From Ostrea edulis (Eukaryota): DNA of 64,000 nt. The first letter of the stretch is position 1. Each line of letters opens with the position of its first letter. The stretch covers positions 23,808,001 to 23,872,000 of the forward strand of contig NC_079165.1 of the NCBI RefSeq assembly GCF_947568905.1, written 5' to 3'. Below the pieces are notes generated by a model, which searched no databases, was not told the DNA's origin, and worked only from the letters and a program-made list of their open reading frames with translations. Position numbers and translations under genes: made by a program. Positions 1-12,120 of the stretch are shown one piece after another.

Positions 1-69
1 GAATCCTCGGATATCTCGGGAAGTTTTTTCTCAGTTCCATTGAGTTCGAGATAATGAGGTTTGACTGTA
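1..69. mobile_element. Right end of a Tc1/pogo-type MITE cut by the window edge
   Basis: gttcgagataatgaggtttgactg-TA is a CAGTC-type TIR followed by TA. Confidence 0.6.
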
Positions 70-385
70 TTTTGCACCCACAGTAAGTATTGCCATGGTG
101 AAGGAAGCAGTCTTCCTTGAAATAATGTAGAGGCAAGCATGAGTATAATTTGTTTTTCAGTGGTGAGGTTGGTTGAATTGGGTATTACATGGACATTTTG
201 TATTCTAAAAGAATTCACCACCAGGATGAATTGAACAGATTTGCACTTCATTGATTTCCATATGTCAAATGACTACCTGATTCCAGCCCTCTCAATTCCT
301 CACCTGATTCATGTGTACCATCACTAATCACTGCCGGCTAATGTCGATATTGAACACAGTAATTCAATCACACCCTTCTCTGGTA

Positions 386-530
386 TTGAACTTGAGAATT
401 AAGCTTGAGACTCAATAATATGGGGAGAAAGGGATTTTAGTGGTGTGTCATTGAAGTTGAGAATTAAGCTTGAGACTCAATAATATGGGGAGAAAGTGAT
501 TTTAGTGGTGTGTGATTGAAGTTGAGAAGG
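386..530. repeat. 65-bp tandem duplication (about 2.2 copies)
   Basis: ttgagaattaagcttgagactcaataatatggggagaaag at 392 and 457. Confidence 0.9.
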
Positions 531-2269
531 AGCAAGAACAGGGCTGGTATTCTTTGAGTTTGATTTTTATTTCATTACAAAGAGTGATGAGAAACACGGA
601 ATTGGTGCAGACAAGTGCAGAATGACTCTCGGGTTATTCATTCATAGAAACTGACAAGCATGTCAGGACATTTACCAATTTTCTGAGAGAAATTTGCTGA
701 CGAGATAGAATTTCAGATGGTCACTTGCATTTTGTATTGTGCTTGGCCACTGGCTATTCGGTATGCAGACGTTGACTTTCTCTCTGTTATTGCCAGAAGC
801 TGATAAGGATTAGCAGGGGAACAGAGACTGATGACAGGCTATGGATCCAACAAAGATATGTGTTTGATCACAGATTAGTCATGTTTGCAAAACATTTTCA
901 TGGAAATTGAGGTGGAGACTTTTGAATGTGAAATGAGTGACACAAAACAAGGGAAAAGCTGAAAGTCAAGTGCTGTAATTCATTATCGCGACAGTGGACT
1001 TTGTTTGCCAAGCTCTCGTACACAATCTGCCAAATTTGATTTAATGATTTATAAATGCAATTTTCCTCTCCGGTATCACAGATTATGTCATCAAAAATCA
1101 AATTGTCATTAACTTCTGCATCTCAATCTAAACATTTTCTAATCCCATTGATTGCTTTATTTAACTATCAGTTCTAGGGTGGAAAAACCCTTGTAAATGT
1201 CATAGACAGTACCTGGATGTAGAGCAATATATTGAAAAATGGACGTTAAGCATACAGTTTTCACCTGGAAATACTTACTGGTAAATGACATGTGAGAATT
1301 TCTTTTATTAGACATTTATTTATGGAAAGGTTGCTCTTTGTCGATAATAAGTTCAGCTGAATTCAGGTCGCCGTCATTCTTCTTATCTGTTTATGGATTC
1401 CACAATTTATCATCTGTCTTTAAACATTTATAAACCATTTCAACTTCTACAGTCGGCCAATTTCGACTAAATTTGGCATGATAGCTACTTTGGGTGAAAA
1501 GGATGCTGCAAATTTGCCAAAGGGAAGATGATGAAGAAATGAAGTTTCTGTTAAGAACATATTCTGCTGTAGAATATGTGATAGCTTTTCCATTTGTTTT
1601 GGACACAGGAAATTTATCCTTGGCTTTTGGACCCAGGCGTACAACTGGAAAGCCATATGGTTTTGTGTTCCATAGAGATTCTTCACAAACGCTCCTTGTA
1701 TTGCTTTGCTGGTTACATTCGTATTAGTTGAATTACAGGTTCTCGGAGTGTTCCTACTAGTTTTAGCTAGGGAATCAAAACTCGATTATTACCTTATGGT
1801 TTCACTGAAAGGTGCTTTTAATGACTCGACACAGGACAAAATGAATTGAGATAAATCCCTATGATCACTTGTGTAGAACGTCTTGAAAATTTAATAGCAT
1901 ATTTCAAAATTAAACGCTTTATTCATCACCTAGGCACACAGAATAATACATTGACACAAATGTATTATAAATACCACAGATAATCTAGGAAACCATTGTT
2001 CTCGGGAGACAAATCATCACTTTCAGGCAGACAGGGTGGTGTTTGTTTTCCTAACAATTTCAACTATTCCAGTGAACGGAACATTCGAAAATTAATGTCC
2101 TGATCATTAATGTTGAAAATTTGAAACTCTTTACGTTTCATATATTTTTCAAGCTTGGAATCAGGGATTTGCTAAAATATCATCTTGCTTAAAATATATA
2201 CCCTATTTTTTCAAAATGGTACGAATTTTTCATCTCGGTAAAATAACCACTAATATAGTATTTGTGAAA

Positions 2270-3210
2270 ATGTGGGTTTCTAGGTTACTAAAACTGAAAG
2301 ATGTGGGTTACCAGATTACTAAAATCAAAAGACGTGGGTTACCAGATTACTAAATTCAAAGACGTGGGTTACCAGATTACTAAAATTGATTGCTAGTGTT
2401 ACTAGATTACTAAATCTAAAAGATGTGTTACTAGATTACTAAATCTAAATGATGTGGGTTACTAGATTACCAAATCTAAATGATGTGGGTTACTAGATTA
2501 CCAAATCTAAATGATGTGGGTTACTAGATTACCAAATCTAAATGATGTGGGTTACTAGATTACTAAATCTAAATGATGTGGGTTACTAGATTACCAAATC
2601 TAAATGATGTGGGTTACTAGATTACTAAATCTAAATGATGTGGGTTACTAGATTACTAAATCTAAATGATGTGGGTTACTAGATTACTAAATCTAAATGA
2701 TGTGGGTTACGAGATTACTAAATCTAAATGATGTGGGTTACGAGATTACTAAATCTAAATGATGTGGGTTACTAGATTACTAAATTTAAATGATGTGGGT
2801 TACTAGATTACTAAATCTAAATGATGTGGGTTACGAGATTACTAAATCTAAATGATGTGGGTTACTAGATTACCAAATCTAAATGATGTGGGTTACTAGA
2901 TTACCAAATCTAAATGATGTGGGTTACTAGATTACTAAATCTAAATGATGTGGGTTACGAGATTACTAAATCTAAATGATGTGGGTTGCGAGATTACTAA
3001 ATCTAAAAGATGTGGGTTACGAGATTACTAAATCTAAATGATGTGGGTTACGAGATTACCAAATCTAAATGATGTGGGTTACGAGATTACTAAATCTAAA
3101 TGATGTGGGTTACGAGATTACTAAATCTAAAAGATGTGGGTTACGAGATTACTAAATCTAAAAGATGTGGGTTACTAGGTTACTAATAAAAATATGGATT
3201 ACTAGATTAC
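2270..3210. repeat. 31-bp minisatellite, about 30 copies, in the RARS1 last intron
   Basis: Unit GATGTGGGTTAC(T/G)AGATTAC(T/C)AAATCTAAAT; homogeneous core, degenerate edges. Confidence 0.97.
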
Positions 3211-3439
3211 TGAAGTCTGTTCTTTCTAACAGACAGAGGTATAGGCCAAGAGCTAATGTTGTTGTGCTTTCAAAGAAAAAAACCTGAAGACAACAAACTA
3301 TACAGATCCGTGTAACACTGTACTTTTTTTTTATAACTCTCAATAGTAGTAAAACACTGTTTTATAATGATTAGTTTAACTTGTTAATGGTGTACTATTG
3401 CAAAATGGATCGTTAACGTTTTCAATACTTGTTTTTCAG

Positions 3440-3549
3440 GAGCGATTGTGAAAGTCAACATGAGTCGTCTTCTGCTTTGTGAGGCTACAGCTAATGTCAT
3501 TGCAACCGGATTCAATATCCTGGGAATCAATCCAGTACAGAAAATGTGA
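3440..3549 (+). CDS. RARS1: Last coding exon of cytoplasmic arginyl-tRNA synthetase (upstream exons lie outside the window or were not found)
   Basis: Acceptor tttttcAG at 3438-3439, phase 1. Translates (G)AIVKVNMSRLLLCEATANVIATGFNILGINPVQKM* with TGA at 3547-3549. This matches the metazoan ArgRS C-terminus as I recall it for human ([36 protein letters not shown]). Not in the ORF track. Confidence 0.9.
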
Positions 3550-3607
3550 CCACCTGGCTGACTTTGAGAATTTAATGTATTTCTAAAATCAGAATAATAA
3601 CCTTGGG

Positions 3608-3613
3608 AATAAA
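3608..3613 (+). terminator. Candidate polyadenylation signal of RARS1
   Basis: AATAAA 59 nt after the RARS1 stop codon. Confidence 0.45.
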
Positions 3614-3869
3614 TGTATCGCTGTATTTTGGTCTTCATAATCTACTACTGGGATAGACAACAATGGGCTTGATTCTTTTCCCACTTTTCAAACATTTCTG
3701 TAGTGGGCTGACAACAGACAGGTTGCAGGCTTTAACATTTTTACACGTGATGTTGTGCCTGTCCTAATCTTTACAACCTGGGCTTTCTTTGTTTATATCA
3801 AGTACATGTTATTGACGACAAATACATTTTTTTCAATTGATATAGTTCTTGTTATTTTATTCCGTGCAG

Positions 3870-4565
3870 GAATATATAGTGTGCAGTTATTGACTGGGTT
3901 TCAGGTCGACATACTAGTACTGGATAAAGTATGTAAATGTTGACTTGGTCAGAGGGCGACATCCTAGCAGTGGATACAGAATGCAGTTGTTGACTGGATG
4001 AGAAGGCGATATATTAGAACTGAATACAGTATGCAATTGTTGACTGTGTTACAGGGTGACATACTAGTACTGGATACAGTATGTGATTGTTGACTGAACC
4101 AGAGGACAACATGCTAGTACTGGATACAATAGGTAGTTGTTGACTGGGGTGTAGGGCATCATACTAGTACTGGAAGCAGAATGTAATTGTTGACTGAGTT
4201 ACAGGGTGACATACTAGTGCTGAATACAGTGTGTAATTGTTGACTGGGTGAGAGGGCAACATACTAGTACTGGATACAGTCTGTAATTGTTGACTGGGTG
4301 ACAGGACAACATACTATTTCTGGATACAGTGTGTAATTGTTGACTGGGTCAGAGGGCGACATAATAGTACTTGATACAGTGTGTAATTGTTGACTGGGTC
4401 TGAGAACATACTATTTCTGGATAAAGTGTGTAATTGTTGACTGGGTCAGAGGGTGACATACTAGTTCTGGATACCGCATGTAATTGTTGACTGGCTTACA
4501 GGGCATCATACTAGTACTGGATTCAGAATGTAGTTGTTGATTGGGTCAGAGGGCAATATACTGAT
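3870..4565. repeat. 50-bp minisatellite, about 14 diverged copies
   Basis: Unit like GTTGACTGGGTCAGAGGGCGACATACTAGTACTGGATACAGTGTGTAATT. Confidence 0.93.
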
Positions 4566-4639
4566 ATTGGTCTGACCTGACATAGGAACAGTTTTTGCCC
4601 AACATGATTTGGCAACAATTTGTCAAGGGTCCTAAAATG

Positions 4640-5415
4640 TATGTACTGTGTAAGGGACCTTGGCTAAGCAATCTAAACCTGGATCATTCAGCAGCGAGAC
4701 TCCTGTATTGTGTAAGGGATTAGGCTAGGCTCTGTACTGTATAAGAGACCTAAGCTAGGCAGGCTAAGCAGTGACATTTCTGTACCATGTTAGGGACCTA
4801 AGCTAGGCAGGTTATGCAATGAGAGCTCTGTACTGTCAAGAGACCTAAACTAGGCAGGCTATGCAGTGAGAGCTCTGTACTGTATAAGGAACCTAAGTTA
4901 AGAAGCTTAACAGTGAGAGCTCTATACTGTGTAAGAGACCTAAGCTTGACAGACTAAGGAGTGACAGTTCTGTACTGTGTAAGAGACCTAAGCTTGACAG
5001 ACTAAGGAGTGACAGTTCTGTACTGTGTAAGAGACCTAAGCTTGATAGACTAAGGAGTGAGAGTTCTGTACTGTGTAAGGGACCTAAGCTTGGCAGACTA
5101 AGGAGTGAGAGTTCTGTACTGTGTAAGGGACCTAAGCTTGACAGACTAAGCAGTGAGAGTTCTGTATTGTGTAAGGGACCTAAGCTTGACAGACTAAGCA
5201 GTGAGAGTTCTGTATTGTGTAAGGGACCTAAGCTTGACAGACTTAAGGAGTGACAGTTCTGTACTGTGTAAGGAACCTAAGCTTGACAGACTAAGGAGTG
5301 AGAGTTCTGTATTGTGTAAGAGACCTAAGCTAGGCAGACTAAGCAGTGAGAGTTCTGTATTGTGTAAGAGACCTAAGCTAGGCAGACTAAGCAGTGAGAG
5401 TTTTGTGCTGTGTAA
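4640..5415. repeat. 48-bp minisatellite, about 16 copies
   Basis: Unit like CTGTACTGTGTAAGAGACCTAAGCTTGACAGACTAAGGAGTGAGAGTT; explains ORFs 5194-5466 and 5201-5482. Confidence 0.93.
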
Positions 5416-6699
5416 GGGACTTATAGTTAGAAAGTCTAAGCTGTATGTGGGACTCGTTACTGCCACTTCTGATGCTGAGTGATTGGCGAAGGAAGTATTT
5501 TACCGACTCTGGTGTGACATGCTCTTGACTAAGACAATGAATGTAGATTTCCAACAAATTCCATGTACTACATAGCTATAGAACTGAAGTACTTCATGCA
5601 TGTACGCGTTTCAGGGTCACTTGATTGATCCAGGCATAACTTCTATGGACAATTACCAGTACATAAAATAATTCTCTGAAGAACACATTGATTCAGAGAA
5701 TTTGTGATGAGGCCTCACAAGTTTTCAAAGGACCCTAAATTTATCATTCTTTCCTACGTAATATCTGTCAATGATGTAATTCTGCCTCCTAATGGCACAA
5801 TTTAATGCGTAGAGTGTTAATGGAAGTGAACTTAAAGGCTTCGTCAAAACTGTTGGCACTTGTCTCACATTATTACAAGGAGATTTCTCGTGTGAGGGCA
5901 GGGTGTTCCACGATGGAACCCGGTCCTCAAACTTTTATTTCCGATACCAATCTTGGGCTATTGACCTACAAAAGGGTGCCAGATGACAGTCGGTGTCCTG
6001 GTTTGATTGTGAAGAAAACAAATTGCCTTCAGGCTATATTATCAAACTGTTCATTCTTCATAATTTCTTTGACTTGGCCTAGTCCCTTACTCGGCTATTT
6101 GTCACCTAACACCAGCTTCCTCATTACAGGACCCGCACTACACCTGTTACACAAACAGTTTTTAGATGAAAGTTCATGATATCTTTAAATGTCTGTAATG
6201 TGCAACATATTCAACTTTTTCTCCAGAACCACCTGGTCAATATATCAACCAACTTTTCACAAAGCATCATTGAAATTGAATAAAAGGAATTCAAATTAAT
6301 TTCAATGAATTTAAGGACCGCACTCCCCTTTTAAAGGGAGATAATTTATATTATAAATACTGAAATGGATTTTTTTTTTTTAAAAAGAAATCTTTTTCTG
6401 ACGAAAAGACATTACATTCTTTTTTTTTCAAGATCAGCTGGACTAGAAAATTCATAACTTGAATAAATACTTCCTAATACATATGATACATGTTCAGCTT
6501 TTGTCTTCCCACAAAAATCCCAGGCCAGGAATGAACACGAGAGAGATTCAAAGTTTTAAGTAAGAAAATGTAGAAAAATTCTTTTAAAATTTTCACAAGA
6601 ACCACAATGGTAAAATTGTTTGCCTGCTGGGACGAATGTCCAGAGAGGTATCGTCGTCATACATTTTCTGAATCAATGCATTCTGCAGAGAATTTGATC

Positions 6700-6852
6700 G
6701 CCAGTGGCCAAATAGCTCCTAAACTGGTAGAGCGCCTGGGTGGGGATTCTGGGGGCCCAGATTTGAATCCTGGTCTGGTTTATTGCATTTTCTCCCTTCC
6801 TTCTACATTTAGTGCCGTAGACCAGCCCCTGGAACTGATAGGTGAAATTGCC
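6700..6852 (+). mobile_element. Partial second copy of the tRNA-LTR + PBS element, inverted relative to 8625-8869
   Basis: A box tagctcc..ctggtagagc, B box gatttgaatcc, ...cttccttctaCA-tt-TAGTGCCGTAGACCAGcccctggaactgata. Confidence 0.55.
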
Positions 6853-7496
6853 TAACAAGGGTGACAGGTTCTCAACTTTTTGCTTTGAGCTATGAGGCTG
6901 AAATTTAGCATATAACTTCTACATCCTTATAGATCAATTTTAAGTTCCATCACAGTTGAGTGCATTTTACATGATATATGGAACTTTGTGCCAAATATAC
7001 GAGTAGTTTTCCCGACTTTTCCCCCCACATAATAGTACTATGCTTTAACTTAGGAATCATTATTTTGACATTTATACAAAAAAATTATACAAAGCACTAA
7101 AATGACCAACGACACGAACAACCAGACTGTCAAATTTTCGGGACAACCTATGCCTTCTTGGGGACAAATGAAAAGAATTACATAATGTGGCCAATATTAA
7201 CAGAGAATAATATCAAAACAACAAAAACTACATATAAATACACCTAGCACTACAACTACACTAAATCTACAAACGTATTTACACCACAGACTATATGTTT
7301 TTGGTTTTTAGGTTTGCCAATCAAATTGTTAAAGCGAAGCGAAATAAGACATGTCCTATTCGTCCAAAGATCTGTAGTGTTTCTTGTATTTATATGTAGT
7401 TTTTGTGTTGTTATCATTCTCTGTAGCATGTATATACATGTAAGGTTGACACATTCTAACCGAATTTTTAAGACTTTTTTATACGGAAGCCAATAG

Positions 7497-8471
7497 GTGC
7501 CACTTAATTTATCTGGCGGCCGCCACTTATTATCTGGCGGCCACCATATAGATTAACTGGCGGCCGCCACTTATTATCTGGCAGCCGCCATATAAATTAA
7601 CTGGCGGACGCCACTTAATTTATCTGGCGGTCGCCACTTAATTTATGTGGCAGCTGCCACTTAATTTAACTGGCGGCCGCCACTTATTATCTGGCGGCCG
7701 CCATATAAATTAACTGGTGGCCGCCACTTAATTTATCTGGCGACCGCCAGTTAATCTATGTGGCGGCCGCCACTCAAATTAAATCATTTATATGGCTGTC
7801 GCCAGTTATTCAATTCCTCTCTCTTTCTCTATCTCTCTCTCAAAATGAAAGGGGTGCAATCCCTCCCCAATGCTTAGTAATATGTATGTGATATATATAC
7901 AATTAAGAGCATTAAATTATTGTTTTTCGATTGTACTGTTAAATACGTAGAACCACGGGGCTGACCCTCCATTTTTTTGACAACGTTCAATTTCTGTTAT
8001 TTTCACATGCAAATTAAATTATTTTTACATGTGAAATTAGATTAATTGGTGGATTGGCCCCCATCCCACTCTTTTGGTGGTAGTAATGAATGGTAAAAAT
8101 GTAATAATGAATTAACTGATCAATTGAAGGATGAACGGAGCCCCCTCCCTCCAATTTAGGAGTACGAAGTTTGGACAAAAGAGACATTTTAGGTTCCTTT
8201 TCTGCTTGTCAACAATTATAGAAGACAATTTCTCCTCTGACTGTTCCTATACACGATGCTGCGTGTTAGCGTACTATTCTAAATCTTTCTAAAATAATCA
8301 CTCAGCGATACGAATTACATTGTTTTTGCAATTGGCAGCCGCCATATATACATTAAGTGGCGGCCGCCAGTTAATTTATATGGCGGCCTCCAATTAATAA
8401 GTGGTGGCTGCCAGATAATTAGTGGCAGCCGCCAGATAATAAGTGGCGGTCGCCATTAAATTTAGTGGCAA
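7497..8471. mobile_element. Foldback-type element: both arms are tandem arrays of TGGCGGCCGCCA palindromes
   Basis: Left arm about 7497-7810 and right arm about 8335-8471 are inverted. Termini TGCCACTTAATTTA / TAAATTTAGTGGCA. No TSD recognised. Confidence 0.7.
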
Positions 8472-8624
8472 AATGCAAATGTGATATTATTTATAGAATG
8501 TGTTATTCTATGTGATATTGTGTAATGTCAATTGTTATTCTTTGTCTAACGTGCCTTTATCTGAATAAACATAATAATAATAATACAGTCCTCCCTCCGT
8601 CAATGTTCTGTATACATTGGCAGA

Positions 8625-8869
8625 CATTTCCACTTATCAGCTCCAGGGGCTGGTCTGTGGCACCAAATGCAGCAGGAAGGGAGAAAATGCAATGAACCAG
8701 ACCAGGATTCGAACCCCGGTCCTCTGAATCTTTATAGTCAGGTGCTCTACCAAGCAGTTAGAACAGTAGCAGATGGGTTCAATCACTGGTGGACAGATGG
8801 CCCAGTGGGTAGAGCACCTGACAGGAGATTCAGGGGGCCAGGATTCAAATCCCACTCCTTCCTGTTACA
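8625..8869 (-). mobile_element. TRIM-like element with a tRNA-containing, self-inverted LTR plus PBS (Helenus/TRIMp3-like)
   Basis: 8668-8869 runs TG...CA with inverted ends (tgcagcaggaagg / ccttcctgttaca) and contains two divergent tRNA-like A/B-box units. After a 2-nt spacer comes PBS-like TGGTGCCACAGACCAG (minus strand, 8665-8650). Confidence 0.55.
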
Positions 8870-9939
8870 TACGAATACAATTGTTTACAGTTAAGTTTCG
8901 TCACAGTGGACTGATTTTTGTATTAAGTTTATGAATTTTGTGCTGAATGTACATTTCCAGACTTTTCTGTGCAATGTTTTTAATTAGGAGTCTGAAGTTT
9001 TATATGTGGTTATCAAATAAGTATTAGTTATACACATGTTTTTAAAGATCCATTTTTGATGCAGTTGAATTATTCTAACAAAAATTGTTAAAATTAATTT
9101 CATGGTTGACTGAATTATATGTCCCCTCTTCCAGGGCGAGATATATTGTTTGTATACGTTCTGTCTATCCATCTGTCACAAAATCATGTGAAAGCTTCTC
9201 TTCCTATATAGCTTATCCATAGTCTAAGACGTGAAACTTTGTGCAATGTTTCAATGCCATTTGTAGATTTACATATTGTCAGGACAGGAGGATCCAATTG
9301 TTCCCCTTAAAGATATAGTGGATCTAAGAGGGTGAAGGGTGTAAAATAGCTTGTGAACACTTCTCCTCCCATATGGCTATTCGAATAGCTTTGAAATTTT
9401 GTACGATATACTTCATTATCATTTAATGACGTTCACCTTGTTCTGACCAGGGATCTAATAATTCCTTACAATTTAGAGTGGATCAAAGAGGAGTACGTAT
9501 TTTGTAGCTTTTTTTCATGTACAAGGTTATGTTCACTTTCTTACTGGTACTTCAACATAACAGTCCTTATTTTTGTATCCTATACACATCAATGTTGAAT
9601 TGAATATTTTCTCCATCTTTTCCCTCAACACACAAAGTAGCATTCATAATGTCTATGTTCCTGCTCATGCTTTCTCCTTCACACCATGCAGTACATTAAG
9701 GGGAGGAGGTTGTAATTTGGAGCACTTTCAATTTGAGGAGATGTAACAAAAACAAATTATATCTAATTCTTTTACTCTCTCTAGTTCTCCGATTGTTTTT
9801 ATTGTGCGAGATCTGTAGAATTCAAGGCATACCAACTTGTTATAGAATTTGTCTGATTTGCTGGATCTATTTACAAGAGATCGAAAATCTATATTTCCTT
9901 GTATTGAAAAACAATATCCGCCCATACATCCAAATAGAC

Positions 9940-10175
9940 ATGGTCTGCATGTGATGACACCCCTACAATAAATATGGGGTGTTATTAGAGGGCGTGTAAT
10001 GATATCCCTACAATGAATAGGGGACATGTTATGACATCCCTACAATAGGGGTATATGACATCCCTTCAATAAATTGGGGGCATGTAATGACATCCCTACA
10101 ATAAATTGGGGGCATAATTAGGGGGCATGTAATGACATCCCTACAATAAATTGGGGGCATAATTAGGGGGCATGT
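9940..10175. repeat. Diverged short tandem repeat (ggggcatgtaatgacatccctacaataaatt)
   Basis: Several copies, including a near-perfect duplication at about 10075-10175. Confidence 0.8.
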
Positions 10176-10234
10176 ACAGCTTTTTTTAATACTCTCAGAA
10201 TGAACCCCGTACTAAGTCCTGTTAATTCTTGGTA

Positions 10235-10490
10235 TGCCCTGCTGGGGGTATTATTTCTGTTCATTCATGATCAGTCCTACTGGGGGTATTATTTCTGTTC
10301 ATTCATGATCAGCCCTGCTGGGGGTATTATTTCTGTTCATTCATGATCAGCCCTACTGGGGATATTATTTCTGTTCATTCATGATCAGCCCTACTGGGGA
10401 TATTATTTCTGTTCATTCATGATCAGCCCTACTGGGGATATTATTTCTGTTCATTCATGATCAACCCTACTGGGGATATTATTTCTGCAA
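10235..10490. repeat. 38-bp minisatellite, about 6.5 copies
   Basis: Unit GCCCTACTGGGGATATTATTTCTGTTCATTCATGATCA. Confidence 0.95.
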
Positions 10491-10974
10491 GTTGTTAATT
10501 TTTTAGGGCATCAAAATACGTGATTTTGCTAAATAATACAGGTTTTCATCTACATATTACTGGATAGGCAGTATATATCCCTTAATATGGTTTTTCCTTT
10601 TACACTGAATTTGTTCTTTGTTGATCAATGTTGATTTGTGGTCCTGTTCAACCAAGAAAATTAATGTTTGGAAACTAACAAATTATCAAAAGTATTCGGG
10701 CTATCTTCTGCATACTTGGGAAAAACTCTTCCTACAATAACAACACAAGGAAGGCGTTCAACTTTATTGGAAAACTGCTTTGGTCCATATATCTGTACTT
10801 CAACAACGAAAAATGTCATTTCCTAACATCACCTGACCCAGTAAAATGTAAAACAAAACTATTCTTAAAAGCTTCAAGTAAAAAATATTTATGTTGATAA
10901 TGTGCCAGTACTCTGTTATTTCAACAATAGATTTCACATAAAAAACAAATGGTGTGATATCTATCTCTCCCCCT

Positions 10975-11012
<38 letters not shown>

Positions 11013-11700
11013 AATGCATAGAATATAGCATGTAACTTTTTACAGTGCAATGAAAATCTTGACTGTTGTGAACATGAACTCAAAACATGTGAACCACATG
11101 AAATCTCCATCAACAGCAAGAGTAAATGTTCAAAGTTCAAGTTCAAAAATTGAGAAAAAAATTTGAAACACGTCATCTTCACTCGTGTTTTGCTGAATGA
11201 GCAAATCTAATATATATATACATGTATTTCTACGCAATGCAGTCTTTCTAAAGACATTTTGTTGCACTCTACTGTCATAGTAGAAGACGGAGCATATTTT
11301 TTTATCTTGGTTGTTAAAAAATTTGTGAAAAAAGCTACTGGTCCTTTCAGCAATGGAAGTTTAAAATATTCTTAAGATTATACTTATCAGATAAAATAAT
11401 ATAAAATACAAAACGTGTAACTGCTGTAAAAGCAAACCAAGATCAATCAACACGGTCCTTTGTTATGAAGAGACACACTGTAGCTAATGTAGAAATGAAA
11501 GAAATGCACTGTATTACATTAAACTACGCAAGATGCTGAGTTTTTTCCATCGAATCTGAATTCTAGCTGAGCACAACACGTTATATTGAGAGACAAAAAG
11601 GAGCACAACAACGTATCCCGGTGGGTGTGGGAAGACGGAGCCACTTACAATTCAGTCACTGTATGGTACAGAGGGGAATTTGTGTTTACAGTACAGATGG

Positions 11701-12120
11701 TCAGTCTAGGTATGGAGGAGGAGAATTTGTCAGTCTATGTACCGGGGAGGAGAATTTGCGTTTCCAGTACAGGAACTGCTTTTTCCACTCCATCCACTCC
11801 TTCCATCGTCTCATCTCTGTCTCCTTCCGCTTCAGTCGCTTCTTCCATTCCATATGTGGATTAAAATGTGTGTTTTTATGAAATTTGTACCCTAAATGTT
11901 TTTTCATTCTTCTGTCCTTTGATAGAACTCTATTCTGATACTCCTCTCGGATCCACTCCTCCCCGCGCTGCCTCCAGTCCGGAGGGGAGGGGGCGGGCCT
12001 GACCTCTGAACTTGTAGTTCCTGTTTGAACACTTGGTTTGACAGCTGCGCTCTTTAATGTCTTTCTTCCCTGAATTCTTTTTCTGAGCCTTTCTCTCATC
12101 TCCTCCTCTTTCTTCTCCTC
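11701..12120 (-). CDS. AKAP17A: AKAP17A last coding exon
   Basis: Acceptor tacacAG at 12122-12121, in frame with ORF 11701-12099; includes ...GEEWIREEYQNRVL...; stop TGA at 11703-11701. Confidence 0.82.
   Translation of the reverse strand, partial: EEKKEEEMRERLRKRIQGRKTLKSAAVKPSVQTGTTSSEVRPAPSPPDWRQRGEEWIREEYQNRVLSKDRRMKKHLGYKFHKNTHFNPHMEWKKRLKRKETEMRRWKEWMEWKKQFLYWKRKFSSPVHRLTNSPPPYLD

Noticed and set aside
560-1800. Possible decayed Gypsy pol (RNase H/integrase) on the minus strand, including ORFs 898-1101 and 1447-1686
   Set aside because: Only faint motif echoes (ACQF..NNPR, GTQNHMA) among many stops; cannot be supported without tBLASTx.
2270-3210. CRISPR-like periodicity
   Set aside because: Head-to-tail units with no unique spacers, no cas genes, eukaryotic context. 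The same applies to all other arrays here.
5194-5482. ORFs on both strands with 16-aa repeats
   Set aside because: By-product of the 48-bp (3x16) minisatellite; no splice context or protein similarity.
5805-6179. 124-aa ORF
   Set aside because: No recognisable domain or convincing splice sites; lies between repeats.
10976-11010. Long poly-C/poly-G tracts (also 16413, 20283, 34718, 40434)
   Set aside because: Simple homopolymers whose length is unreliable in assemblies; they create the poly-Gly/Pro ORFs.
11586-11881. Plus-strand ORFs overlapping the AKAP17A last exon
   Set aside because: Antisense shadow of purine-rich coding sequence.
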